From Phoronis australis (Eukaryota > Animalia > Phoronida): a stretch of DNA of 64,000 bases. The DNA lies in the NCBI GenBank assembly GCA_002633005.1, contig NMRA01000213.1, positions 165,892 through 229,891 on the forward strand. The letters are read 5' to 3'. The position numbers and the translations under genes were made by a program. Positions 1 through 11,322 of the stretch are shown here, piece after piece; within the stretch, counting starts at the first letter, position 1; each line of letters starts with the position of its first letter. The notes below the pieces were generated by a model, which worked only from the letters and a program-made list of their open reading frames with translations, had not been told where the DNA came from and made no database searches.

Positions 1-319
1 CCTGAGGTCCCTCAGGGCAGACTCTTGTTATGACGTCTGTGTGACAGTTAACAATAAACATCTGGTCTCAGTATAAACACTGCCATCCCACATTAACAGA
101 CTGAAATCCTCATTCAACAAAAGCAGCTTCTCACACTTTCAAGATAACTTCTTTATGCTCCGACTGTGAGTCAACAAAGAACTCTGCCAATATCTAGAGC
201 TCCTTGCTGAAAAATTCAAGGTTTCTGAGAAAATACTCGTAATTGCTTGTTGCTCATGTAATTTTCAAAAAATGTTTTTAAACTGAGATGTGCAAAAACT
301 TTATTCTGTTTGCTTATAT

Positions 320-652
320 ATATTTATTTATTGAACAGAATATTTGACAGTATAAAAAAGTAGTACACACACACACACGAGACATACATGCATCACAGCA
401 TTACCCGAGATCAGAGTAATATCGGAAGATGAAAATAACACAAATAGAGGAATCATAGGGCCCACCATTCAATGAATAATTTATACTCACAATTATTACA
501 AAAATTACTTTTTCAATCTTGTGATATCTAGAGAGTTTTTTTAGTAGCTGCAAACACGGAACTCTAGAGTTTAGTCTCGCTTTACAAATGTGATATTTAA
601 CCAAACATATTACACATTTGCTGATCAAGTTTATTGGCATGTAAAGTGCCAA
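320..652 (-). mobile_element. 5'-truncated L1/Tx1-like LINE remnant
   Basis: Minus-strand peptide VICLVKYHICKARLNSRVPCLQLLKKLSRYHKIEKVIF resembles Tx1/L1 ORF2 C-termini. It is followed on - by an AATAAATAAA tail. Confidence 0.45.
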
Positions 653-1510
653 GGCGGACCTCTAAGTAATTATAATGGTATGCATAATACTAACACCAGT
701 TTTTATATTTTGTGCTGTCAATGTTTGAATAAATACAGTAAAATTAAAAAAAAAAAACAGAATATTAACAAAATCGAACAAGTGAATAAATTAAAGTAAA
801 ATTAAGAAGCATGACATTAACACAGTGTGACACAATATTAGATGACTAACTTCTTTAGTTTAGAACGAAATATTATGGAACATTGAATTTTTTTGTCCAA
901 CATCTCGACAAAAGTAAAATGGAAGAAGCCACACTAGTTCAACCTTGTGTATTCTGCACCAGTTAGCCACAAACCATGTGGTCAAATTATGAGCGGTTTG
1001 GTGAACTTTAGAAAAATTGGAATTTTGTCATTTTTTATAATTTCATGATGTATTACTATAAGAAGCAACCCTCAGCTTTCAGTTGTTAAGTTTTTAGTCT
1101 CCTGCAGAGAAGATCATATGACTTGTAGTCATGCATTGGCACCATCTAGTGGCACTCTAGCTAAACTTTGCTTGGTGTTGTTTGGGGCCAGGCTGTATCC
1201 AAAGCCATTTTTCATGTAATATCCTAACTGCATTTCTCTGAGACAAGTCATTGCAGCGACAACTTGACAAAGTTGGTTGAATTCATAAGTCTTAAATCTT
1301 TGTGTACGTGGTCCGTGGTTTTATCTTTTTTTGTAATAGGGAGGCTTTACTCTCATTTCATTAAAATTTAAGTCAAAACAAGATTTCACCCCAAAACATG
1401 AACAATGGTTTTCAAAGATAGCATAGCATGGGTCTTTAATTTTAAGTGGTGATTTTCTTAAATTCCATATTATAATGTTTAATGGGATTTACTTATGTTC
1501 TAGTGACAAA

Positions 1511-1768
1511 CAGTACAAGAAAAAGTAATCGGACAAAATTCTATTTCCCCGTCATGACGGATAATTTTGTTAACATCAAAAATGATTAGTAATAATTCAG
1601 ACAGCAAAATTCTAATTGTTTAATATCTTAGCCTTCTCATCAACTATCCCGCTAATACCCTTCATTGTCAGTCTGAGGGATGACTACGGTGATGGTGAGT
1701 TTGGTTTCTTTCCCAGTCATGACGGGAAGTTGCGGGACATTTTGTCTGAATACTTTTGGTGTGTGCTG
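1511..1768. mobile_element. Old Tc1/mariner-like MITE, copy A
   Basis: TIRs CAGTACAAGAAAAAGTAATCGGACAAAAT / CAGCACACACCAAAAGTATTCAGACAAAAT (rc). Colinear with 29584-29830. The TA TSD is not preserved. Confidence 0.6.
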
Positions 1769-2011
1769 CGCGATGATGAATTGAGCTGATCTGTGTTCGT
1801 CTTGATCCTCAATACATCTGCCTTCTGTGATATTCAGTGCTAAGAAAATATCCTTTAAACTGCGCCGCTTACTGCTGTAGGATCGTTCACCATCTTTACT
1901 ACGTGCAGATGAAATTGTTTGTGCGCTTTACAAAAACACTCATTGTTGCTGAAGACTGATCTCTATAGAGTGGTCTTCATAGATTGCCATTTTCTCTGTT
2001 AGCAACATATC

Positions 2012-2161
2012 TGATATTCCTGTCTTTCTATGGTTGATGTGAAAATCAAAACAAAAGACAGTGATATTCCTGTCTTTCTGGGCTTGATGTGAAAACCAAA
2101 CCAAAAGACAATGATTTTCCTGTCTTCCTGCCCTTGATGTGGAAAATCAAAACAAAAGACA
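2012..2161. repeat. Tandem repeat, 50 bp x3
   Basis: Units TGAT.TTCCTGTCTT.CT....TTGATGTG.AAA.CAAA.CAAAAGACA start at 2012, 2062 and 2112. Confidence 0.9.
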
Positions 2162-3871
2162 TGGTTATTTATTTCTGAGGAGAGTTAAGATTTCCCCTTT
2201 GCACAGGAAGCGAATCTTAGTCTGGGGCCTGAGCAGAGGTTAATCTTAAGACAGGTTTTGAGCTGGCCTTAGCCCCCTCCTACTGAACTTTAGATTCAAG
2301 TGATGTCAACACTTGAGACAGAGTGTTGGAAGGTAGGACTGAGGATTTGTTTAATAAAGTTAACCCCTTCATATTTGCTGAGCTGTCACTTGTTATTTCC
2401 TGTGTGCAGCCTACTGATTTTTGCCCACATCAGTTTCTCTCATATTAATGGTGTCAGGAAGTTTAAATTATCTATAAATGTTTTTGGATAATGATTAGTT
2501 GTGGACTGTGAAATATTAAATAAATAAATTAAAAGTGTATGTGTGTTGGATATGTTAAAAATTCCAAGCACTGGGTTAATTTTTCTGAGATGTAAGACGG
2601 ATGTAATTGTCCCTCAATGTGTCTCCACTATTTGTTTTCAAATTAGAATTTATTGTCAAATGACAAAATGATCATTGAAAATCACCTGTAACTAATGACT
2701 ATACTATTTCTATGTTGTTTATCGAAGAACTCAATACCTACCGGTATCTTCATTTTGCAACACACGGTAAGATCAGTCAATTTTTTAGATATGAAAACAA
2801 CAAGAAATGCTTCCCCAGGTTCACACAAGTGGCGAATTCTTTAGCATTTTCACAAGGTAAAGCGCCAGTGAAAATGCTAGCATTTTAATTGACGTACGAG
2901 CTGTAATCCAGTGGTTTTTGACAAACTGGGTATTGCTGCTTTTGCAAGCCGCTGATAACCACAATTAAGACTTCTGGTTTAGCCATTCTCAAGTTCATAT
3001 GCAGCGTCATTATTAACAACTTTTGAAATTGAAAAAAGTTTTTCATGGTCTCGGTGAAGGTATGTTTATAAGTAATATCAACTTACTCAGAGGCCGGAGA
3101 CAAGGAACTGTAGATTACAGTTCGAAATGTTTTAATTTTTAAATCTCTGGGTCTCTGAGTAAACAACAATAAAATGTTGTCAAGACCCTGATGAGAGAGG
3201 TTGCTATGCACAGAGAGTTCACTGTTCAGCCACAGACCACTACTTTGAGTTTCATTGGTTTGACATCGGTAGATTTTACCTCATGTGGCTTTAGGAGGAC
3301 ATTCACCACTGGCAGATGTGTTGTTTGGTCAGTGATGTCTTGGTTGGTTAGTGTTTACTGTTTCTGAGTGGATTGTTGTCCAGTTGGAAGTGGAATATAA
3401 ACAAATCTTTGAGTGGGGCAGTTTTGAGGTGATTAAGGGTTGGTATACCAACTTTTGACATTAACAAAGTTTTGGCCTGCAGATGTGCAGCTGAATGTCC
3501 ATAGGCTTTAGTACATCGACTGCCAACTCCGTATACTTTCAATGGACGAAATCTGCTCTTCTGCACGTCGTTACGTCATTTTTCACTAGCGACACCTGAC
3601 CAAATTATCTGGTATTATTTCTGGCAAGTATGTTGTCTGCTAATTTTGGCCAGCTGTTGTGTGGTTGGGTGAAAGTAGCATTGCTAACAGTACTCGCGAT
3701 ACCAACAGTTCTACTATTTTAAGATTTTGAACAATGTTTCAGTGCCGAAATTATTATTTTGTTTTCGTTGTACTGGACAGTAAAATAGATACGAGAATTT
3801 CCCGCCACAATACACTGATCAGAAAATGAACCAGATGATTTAGGAGAGTGGCGCTGCCTCTAGGATAGCAC

Positions 3872-4839
3872 CAGGCCTTCATGCAGCGTACGTCCTGGAC
3901 GTCCATGTGGACGCCCTAGCACTAATGTAGACGCCCTGGCAAGGACGCCCTGTCAATCAGAATTTCTCCAGTTTGGACACCCACATTGAAAGATTACTAA
4001 GACTCCCAGTTAATCAAAGGGGAAGTTGGCCCTTTCAACTCAGAAAGAAATATACAAAGTATTTAAAATGTTGCAATATTCAAACTATTTGGTAGACCTG
4101 TTAATCATTAGCACCTGGTTGGTTGCCAGTGTGTCTGCTTTCAATAGATTCACATACTACTGCCATTCTGTACTTTATATAGGGACATGGACCTTGCTTA
4201 ACTCCAAACTGGTGTTTCAGAGCTGTAATTTCATGTACTTCATCTTTTTTTAAAAATACCAAAAGCAAAATAAATGTCATTATTTTAATAATATGATGTG
4301 CCGCAAGAATATCCCAATTTAAAATGTTTGAGTTTTCGCCTGTTTCATGCTTTTCTATGTGCGTCTAAAATGGAGCAGCAGTGACACCTGTTGTCAAAAT
4401 ATAAACCAACATCATCTGTGCATTTTTCTTTTGTTGGTAACTGTAGCTTTGATGACCCATTGTACAGAATATAAAGCTAGTGAAGTTGATATAATAAACT
4501 TCATAACAGAATTTGACTTGAGATGACCAAAAACAGTGCACTCATCGTTCAACCAATATCTGTTATATCTGTAATACCCGTTTGGTAAGCTATTTGGCTG
4601 TTTTCGTAAATTTAAACATAAAAGTCTTGACCAACAGTATTTTAGTACTTGAAAAAGCCCAATACAAGGGAGCTGTTTTTGTAAACTTAGGTGTAAAAGC
4701 CTTGTTCAACGCATTTTTTAATTGTAACTGGTGAATGGGGGTGGGGGGGGGGTAATGCGGCGTTGGAATCATGGACGCCCTGGAATATTGGGAACCCCAT
4801 TTTGGACACCCTAAGTTCGAAATCCTAGATGAAGCCCTG
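3872..4839. mobile_element. Non-autonomous hAT-type DNA transposon (968 bp)
   Basis: Imperfect 15-bp TIRs (CAGGCCTTCATGCAG; right end reads CAGGGCTTCATCTAG as reverse complement). Perfect 8-bp TSD GATAGCAC at 3864-3871 and 4840-4847. Subterminal GGACGCCC repeats. Confidence 0.85.
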
Positions 4840-6349
4840 GATAGCACAGAAGAAAATGTTGGACTTGCGAATCTGTTGTCTTTAATCTGTATGGTTTCAT
4901 TAAACCCCATGCTGGACATCTTTGAAAACCATAGTTTTGGTTGGGGTGGAATCCCTTACATTTAGTTTTTAGATTTGGTGAGTTACCCTTCATGTGCATG
5001 TGCTATAACATTGTTAGACCAAATGGATTTCATTGATGACTTCAATGGGAAACTCACCATTACTAATGTGATTTATTTAATTTGAAATTTGCGATTTTAT
5101 CTTGTCGTATCTAACTTTCATCTATATCTCCAACTGGTTTGCACCTGTCTTGTTATTACGTATCAGCTTTATTAGAAGAACTAGCTGTTAGATGCAGTAA
5201 AGGAACATTCATATGTTATGCCGTCCAAAATTTACCACTTTGAACATCACCCATTATTGCTTTACTTTTGTTTTATAACAAAAGGATGTGGAGAGGGTAA
5301 TGGCAATAACTTTGCCAAAACGTCAAAGTTTGCTCTTAATTGGCTGGCAGCTCCTTCATTGAACATTCCTAGTGTGGCTGGATTTTTTGTTATTTGATGT
5401 TATGAAACTTAAAAAAGTTAAAATATTCACTTCTCCGTGCACGCGGTTTTTGTTGTATGTTGTAATATTGAAATGGAGGAGAAGTGAGAATCACTTGTAT
5501 CGTTTCTTGCCTCTGGGGTTATTTCCCCTGGGGTTATTTCCCCTGTTCACGGTACCAGTAGGATTGCTTCTGATGTTTTGGTAGTCCTTAATGCCACTGC
5601 GGATGATTGCAAGGTTGTTTTTTGTCCCCAAGAAATAGAAATGGATTGTGGATCCAGTGGGTTCAGTTGTTAGCAGTGTGGGGCGAACGCTACATGGGGC
5701 TCATGTTGGGGTTTATGTATTGGGGAATTAAAATCTCGCAAAACTGAGGCTTAGTGTTTATAGGTACACTGGCACTTTTATAGAAATCTCAGTGGTGTAA
5801 ATTATAAGTGAGCACCAATGAGAGCACTTGCACTTGACAGACAGTGAAAGTTTAGAAATGTCTGGGCTGTGGGGAGGGTGTTGAGTCCAATGTGGGCCAT
5901 TGGCATATTTATAATCCCTAGACCAACAAAGCCTTACTTAACAGGCTGTTTTAACGCACATTTTCTGTTTTCTCCAGTTGGCACAATTTGTGTCCGTCAA
6001 CTTTTGATGTATTTATAGCATTTGGTGATGTCACCAAACCTCGAACCCCCATCCTGTCTACCGACTGTCACCTTTTCAAAGCCCCTCCCTCTCCAGTGAT
6101 GACGTGAATGGTCCATTCTAGCAGTGTCATTAACTGTTGCCTAAAGTTCGACAGCAGTGATATTTTGTGATGAATATCCAAGTCCTTGCTATATTGATAA
6201 ATCCTGCAATACTAAGGCTGTAGATGGCTGTATAATAGTGTCTATGGTAACGCCAGTGTTAGTTGCTCACACACTATAGCGCACTGTTGCTTCTTGCAAT
6301 AGCATTTTCCCCCAGAGATTCTTGTTTAATGTTGTTGATATTATATTAA

Positions 6350-6620
6350 TCATCCGCAGGAGTTGATTGACTTGTTGTAAAATTGCATTTATCTCCCACA
6401 CTTGTTACAGCGATCAATGTATCAAAATTACGTCAGCATCTGATCAAAGCTGCCGCTTCTGTGCCACGCTAGGAATATTAAACGTCTCCCCCGAGTCCGT
6501 GTTAAATATGGCTGCACTCTGTCGTAATGATTTGTTATTAAATTGCCCTGGTATGATCGCCCATTGTGATCAGCGTAAATTTGTTTAACCAACGCGGTCT
6601 AAATGTTTGCGATGAGATGT
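6350..6620. promoter_or_regulatory. Candidate intronic enhancer
   Basis: TGATTGAC at 6364, TTACGTCA at 6428, ATCAAAG (TCF) at 6443, CATTGT (Sox) at 6562 and TAAT cores. A CpG-rich patch with no TE hallmarks. Confidence 0.35.
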
Positions 6621-7248
6621 AATTCAGTTTGCTACTATCTGTAATGTACATTCATTTGCTAAATTTGAGCAAGGGTCGCTTATCCAGCTGTTTGATTTTG
6701 GGGTGGGATATGATTTTAATATTGTGATTTAAAGAATTTTTCAACACTAGCAGATTTGTGCATGAAGCAGTTTAAGATTTTTAGTGAGTCCGTGCCTGCA
6801 ACTTTGCTGTGTGACTTTTCAAGCCAATGGCACTTGTCTGAATCGGGCAAGGTTTTCTTTGCTGTCAAAAACACAAAATGCTAATTAATTCAAATGCTTG
6901 ACGGCTACGTAATGGACAGATTACTCAGTGGTGTATTTTGGGTAGAAACCATTTGTTTTTAGCATGTATTATCACACTGCTTTCAAGTTGAAATTATTTC
7001 CACATGTGATCACTCGCAGTGTTTTCAGACAACAGAGCTAAATGGCACTATCTTGTAATATCAGGCGTGAAAAGCAATACCACGTTACCAGTTACAGTTT
7101 CCATAACTAGGTCGCATTTCTGCTGCTTCTCATACTTTTAAATTTTTCAATCTTGATGTAAATTATCATCGCTTTCCACGACATGTTCAGCAGTTCTTGG
7201 TGAGCCGTCTTGTTGATGAGACAGTCCTGCCACCTGGTGACTGGGGTA

Positions 7249-7249
<1 letters not shown>

Positions 7250-7286
<37 letters not shown>

Positions 7287-7296
7287 CACACACACA
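7250..7296. repeat. (CA)n microsatellite
   Basis: About 23 CA units with two CG interruptions. Confidence 0.95.
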
Positions 7297-8572
7297 GAGA
7301 ATCAGTGATGTGTCCATACTTAGTCTACAGGGGGCAGTATCATTGAGAGGTTTGTAGTCTCCTTAGGCAGAAAATAGTGGTTCACAGCTTTACCACTTTT
7401 GCTCTTGTATGGATTTTATACCGGCAAATAAAATCTATGTAATTATGGTAAAAACACCAGAGCCTTCCAGAGAGAATTATCATCTTGCAACGTCAAATAA
7501 TAATCTGGTTGAATTTCGGCGCCCAGTTCATTTCATGAACCATTAACTTTTAAAAACAATTTCTTGGTTGCTTATTCAATAAAGTTTTACTCTTTAGGTT
7601 CAAGGCCAATTAAACTATTTTTGTCCTAATTGGTTGATGAAGCCATGGTATCATTGTTCATCTATATCAAACCTATGTAATTCTGTAACGTTTCAACCTG
7701 TTAACCTGGAACTATATTAAAATGTTGAATTTTTCATGAATTCAATTAATTTTACTTCATTCCTCATTCCCAGAATGGTTTGCAATAGTTGTAGGAAAAG
7801 TGATAATTCTATGGTAATGTTTGTTCAATAAATTTAATGCATGGCATGAATTATCTATGATATTGTACTAAGTCAGTTAATTGACCCTTGAAATTTGAAT
7901 AGACTGGAATTGTAATATCCCGTTCTTGGTTTCTAATACTTTAACCATACTTTTTGCCTGAATGTTCTTCCAGTTGATATATAGGCCTAATAATGACAAA
8001 TTACCATGATAAGTTGTTGCCATTGTCAGCCATAAACTATCTTCTGTTCAGATTAATGCTGATCTCATTTAATTATACTTCCTCAGCTTCTGGTGTGATA
8101 TCTTAAAAATTGATATTAATAAATCTGGAGGATTACGCTATAGTGTGTCACAGTCAGTTTTGGTATTCACACCAAAAGCGGGAGAATTTTGATCCCAGCC
8201 CGTGTCAAAAAGCTAATATGAATAGTTACTTTTACTAATCAAATCATGGGATGGGTTGACATTGAAATTTATTCCTGTGCGTTTAAATTATGGTAATGAT
8301 CCTCTGTGTAGTAATTGAAATTCTGTCCACCAAATCGGAGTCCTGATCAACTTTCAGCAATAAGAGATTAGTCCCCTATTGAATAAACAAATGCTCAAAT
8401 GTTGTCATTGACCACAACACAGTCTCATTAGGGCCTTCTCTTGCTGGGTGACTTTACCTGTGGTTGGGAGCCTGTGATAATATGTAGCTCCTTTATCAAC
8501 TGCCCAACACAGTCTTTTGTCTGGTATGATGTCATGCAGGCCAATTACCTACAAGGCTTATTGTAGACCAGG

Positions 8573-9260
8573 CTGCCTTCAGTAGACGCTAGGACCTACG
8601 CTAGGACTTAGCTAAAACCTAGTTACAGTCACGTGTTCTCATTTAAAATGTACGGCAATATCTCACGTAATCTCGCGAAGTCTTGCTTTTTAGCGAGGCC
8701 TTAGCGTTACTGAACGGGAGGCAGGCTTTGCTTCAGTAAAGTCCCCTTTAGACATCAACTTGGCTCCACAAAGCTGACACGGAGCAAATTGACCCGTGTC
8801 AAGCGGCAATTTACACACACAACTCACTAACCATGGCAAGACGGAAATTAAGGGCTGGAGAGACTGGATCGCACATGCGCAGGTTTACAAATGTAGGTCA
8901 TTGCACAAGCGCACTAGAGATGATCCTTTCCGCCTTACTCCAGTTTCGCGTTTAGACTTATAATTGACACGGCGCAAGATGTTCAAGCGCAAATTACTCT
9001 AACTCACAAACAGGTGGCAAAAATTTGTCACCGCGCTGTCAATTTGTGCCGTGTCAGTCCGTTTAAACACTGGAACAGCTTGTTCCGTGTCAGCTGATCC
9101 GTGTCAACTTTGTAAGTGTAAACGGCACTTAAGGCTAGGACCTAGGCTAGGATCTTGCTGAAATCTAGCCAAAGTCACATGATTTCATTTAGAATGCATG
9201 GCAATATTTCGCGAAGTCTTGCATTTTAGAAAGATCCTAACGTTACTGGACAGATGGCAG
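8573..9260. mobile_element. Two tandem copies of a ~150-bp inverted-repeat MITE (8573-8724 intact; 8728-9260 interrupted)
   Basis: Shared GCTAGGACCTA.GCTAGGA...TCGCGAAGTCTTGC...CGTTACTG.AC.G..GGCAG. The ends (CTGCC..TTCAGTA) are inverted repeats of each other. Confidence 0.65.
8740..9129. mobile_element. Tourist-like (PIF/Harbinger) MITE nested in another MITE
   Basis: TIRs AGTCCCCTTTAGAC / AGTGCCGTTTACAC (rc) and TAA TSD at 8737-8739 and 9130-9132. Internal TGACACGG/CCGTGTCA inverted motifs. Confidence 0.7.
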
Positions 9261-11022
9261 GTGTGAACGAAGTCAAACCCAGAGTTTAGGAACATTCGGA
9301 CAGAATAGATTATCTTAACTTTGATTGCAGTTGGGCGATTTTGAGGATTCAAAAACTAAACATGATCAGCTTTTTACGAGGAATTCAGAAATATCGTTGG
9401 TTTATGTTATGTTAAATTAACTTTTATTTTTAACAGCACACCCCAGTCATGCGAGATAGGATCTTATCCCAGATTAGAGCAATTATCGTACAAAAGAGAG
9501 CTGAGTCTCCAACCATGAATGCCAGAATGGAGTTAATCAATGGGGTGTAAGATACTGGCTACATGGGTCATCTGCCCAACTTGTTGTTGGGCTATAGGAC
9601 AGAACAAGTTGGACTCAACAGGAGAACCTGGTGATGTGGCTTGGAATTTTAATTGAGTTGTTCTTGAATAAATTTCCAGGGAATTAATCCTGTGAAATTT
9701 GATGGATCTTAGAATACTTGCGAATTTTTCACTGAATTATTTCGGGTAGTATTCACATCAGAGTCTCTCACTTATGTACTCCACATTTCCATAACTCATG
9801 CGGTTAAAGCCTGTTTGCACATGTCCATACTTCGCTATAATGTATACTCCTGTTTCGCAGGCATGGCCGGCAGTTGATGCTGTCTTTTTGAGGACAGTTT
9901 TTCGACCTTTTTTGCTCCTTGCGGCCCTCCATATATTGGTCTATTACATACTGTTTGTGACTTACGATGTTTAGGAAGGTATCATCTCAATTTACGACAT
10001 ACGACCGTACAATGTGACAGGCTAGTGAAACATTGTTTTTTCAACTAATGTAAGTAGCATCAAATAAATACTTGATCATTTTTTTTCGACATAGCTACCA
10101 CCAAACAATGAATAATTGAAAATTTGTGGACATTCACAGCAATGTAAGAAGTCTTTTTCTTATTGAAAATGGACCAACATAGTTTTGTCCAAAATTAGTG
10201 AGATTTTCCCTGTATTGTGACCGGCTCTCTGCTAATTGATGGCTTCAGCCTAAATTGCTTTCTTGGCAGTGTTGACATACTACCTGTGATGATTCAGGCT
10301 CTATGTCTGTGATATCCTAATGAATGTACTGTTAATAGATCTCCACTCAAGTGACTCCAGTCAGAGTGGCCATATGCCATCTAGTCATTATATCTCCATC
10401 AGAATACTCCCTGTGTGTTCATGTACTAGAACTATTTACATGGCACTTGAAGTTGGGTTCTCATTCTGCTCCAGGTAATGTTCTCCATCTAGAAATTCTT
10501 GCTGATGCCATATTGACGCGCTGGTTTAGAAACACCATTAATTACAAACTAGGCTAGTAATAGACGAAAATTTTTTGGAGGGTAGCCTTCAGGGATTCGT
10601 CTAGGATTTGAAAAGTGGTGGTCCAAATTCGCGAGATTGGCTCTCACCATATGGGGGGGTTCCATACAAGTTCACTCTGATGTCACTGGACAGGGAGGTA
10701 TTGCTCCGAAAAACATGGCTGCCAGGATTTGCCAATTGTCAGTGTGACATTGGAAAAATAGGCAGCAAGTCTCTGATATCGATTACGAAGTGTAGTTTCA
10801 ATAAAATTTATCAATCAAATGTTAAAATGTTTCATTTAGCAATTGTTTTTGCTTAGTTTGCTTTGAAGTAGGTTGTGTTTTTTCTCTCTTGGCCGTGCCA
10901 TCCCAGCTGTCATGTCTTAAAACTTGCCTCCCAATGAAAGCTTAGATGGTCGCTATGTTAGTCCCTTGTAACCTGCCAGTGATGGGCTCTGCTCGTCATG
11001 ATGGCACTCAATGCATTCTGCA

Positions 11023-11322
11023 CCATACCCAAGGGAAACTAGGTCGCAAGCTCGTCGCATAGATATTGGTAGATATATGTATCCGTTGTTCACTTTGTCT
11101 TATAATAAACATAATGGGAACACTTGCCGGTAACCAACTGATGTGCGCCCAAGGTACGATATCAATGCGACCGGTTTTGTCGTATCCAACAAAGACGCAA
11201 CAAAGGAAAACAATGATATCGTCCCATAAGCGATAACCATGCGATGCGCTTACGCCTGTCACATGGATCTCGCAAGTTGAACAATTAGCTTGCGACCTCC
11301 ATACGAGGTCATTTGGAATGGG
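11023..11322. mobile_element. Probable MITE remnant
   Basis: Perfect inverted repeat AGGTCGCAAGCT (11041-11052) / AGCTTGCGACCT (11287-11298). CpG-rich relative to its flanks. Confidence 0.45.
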
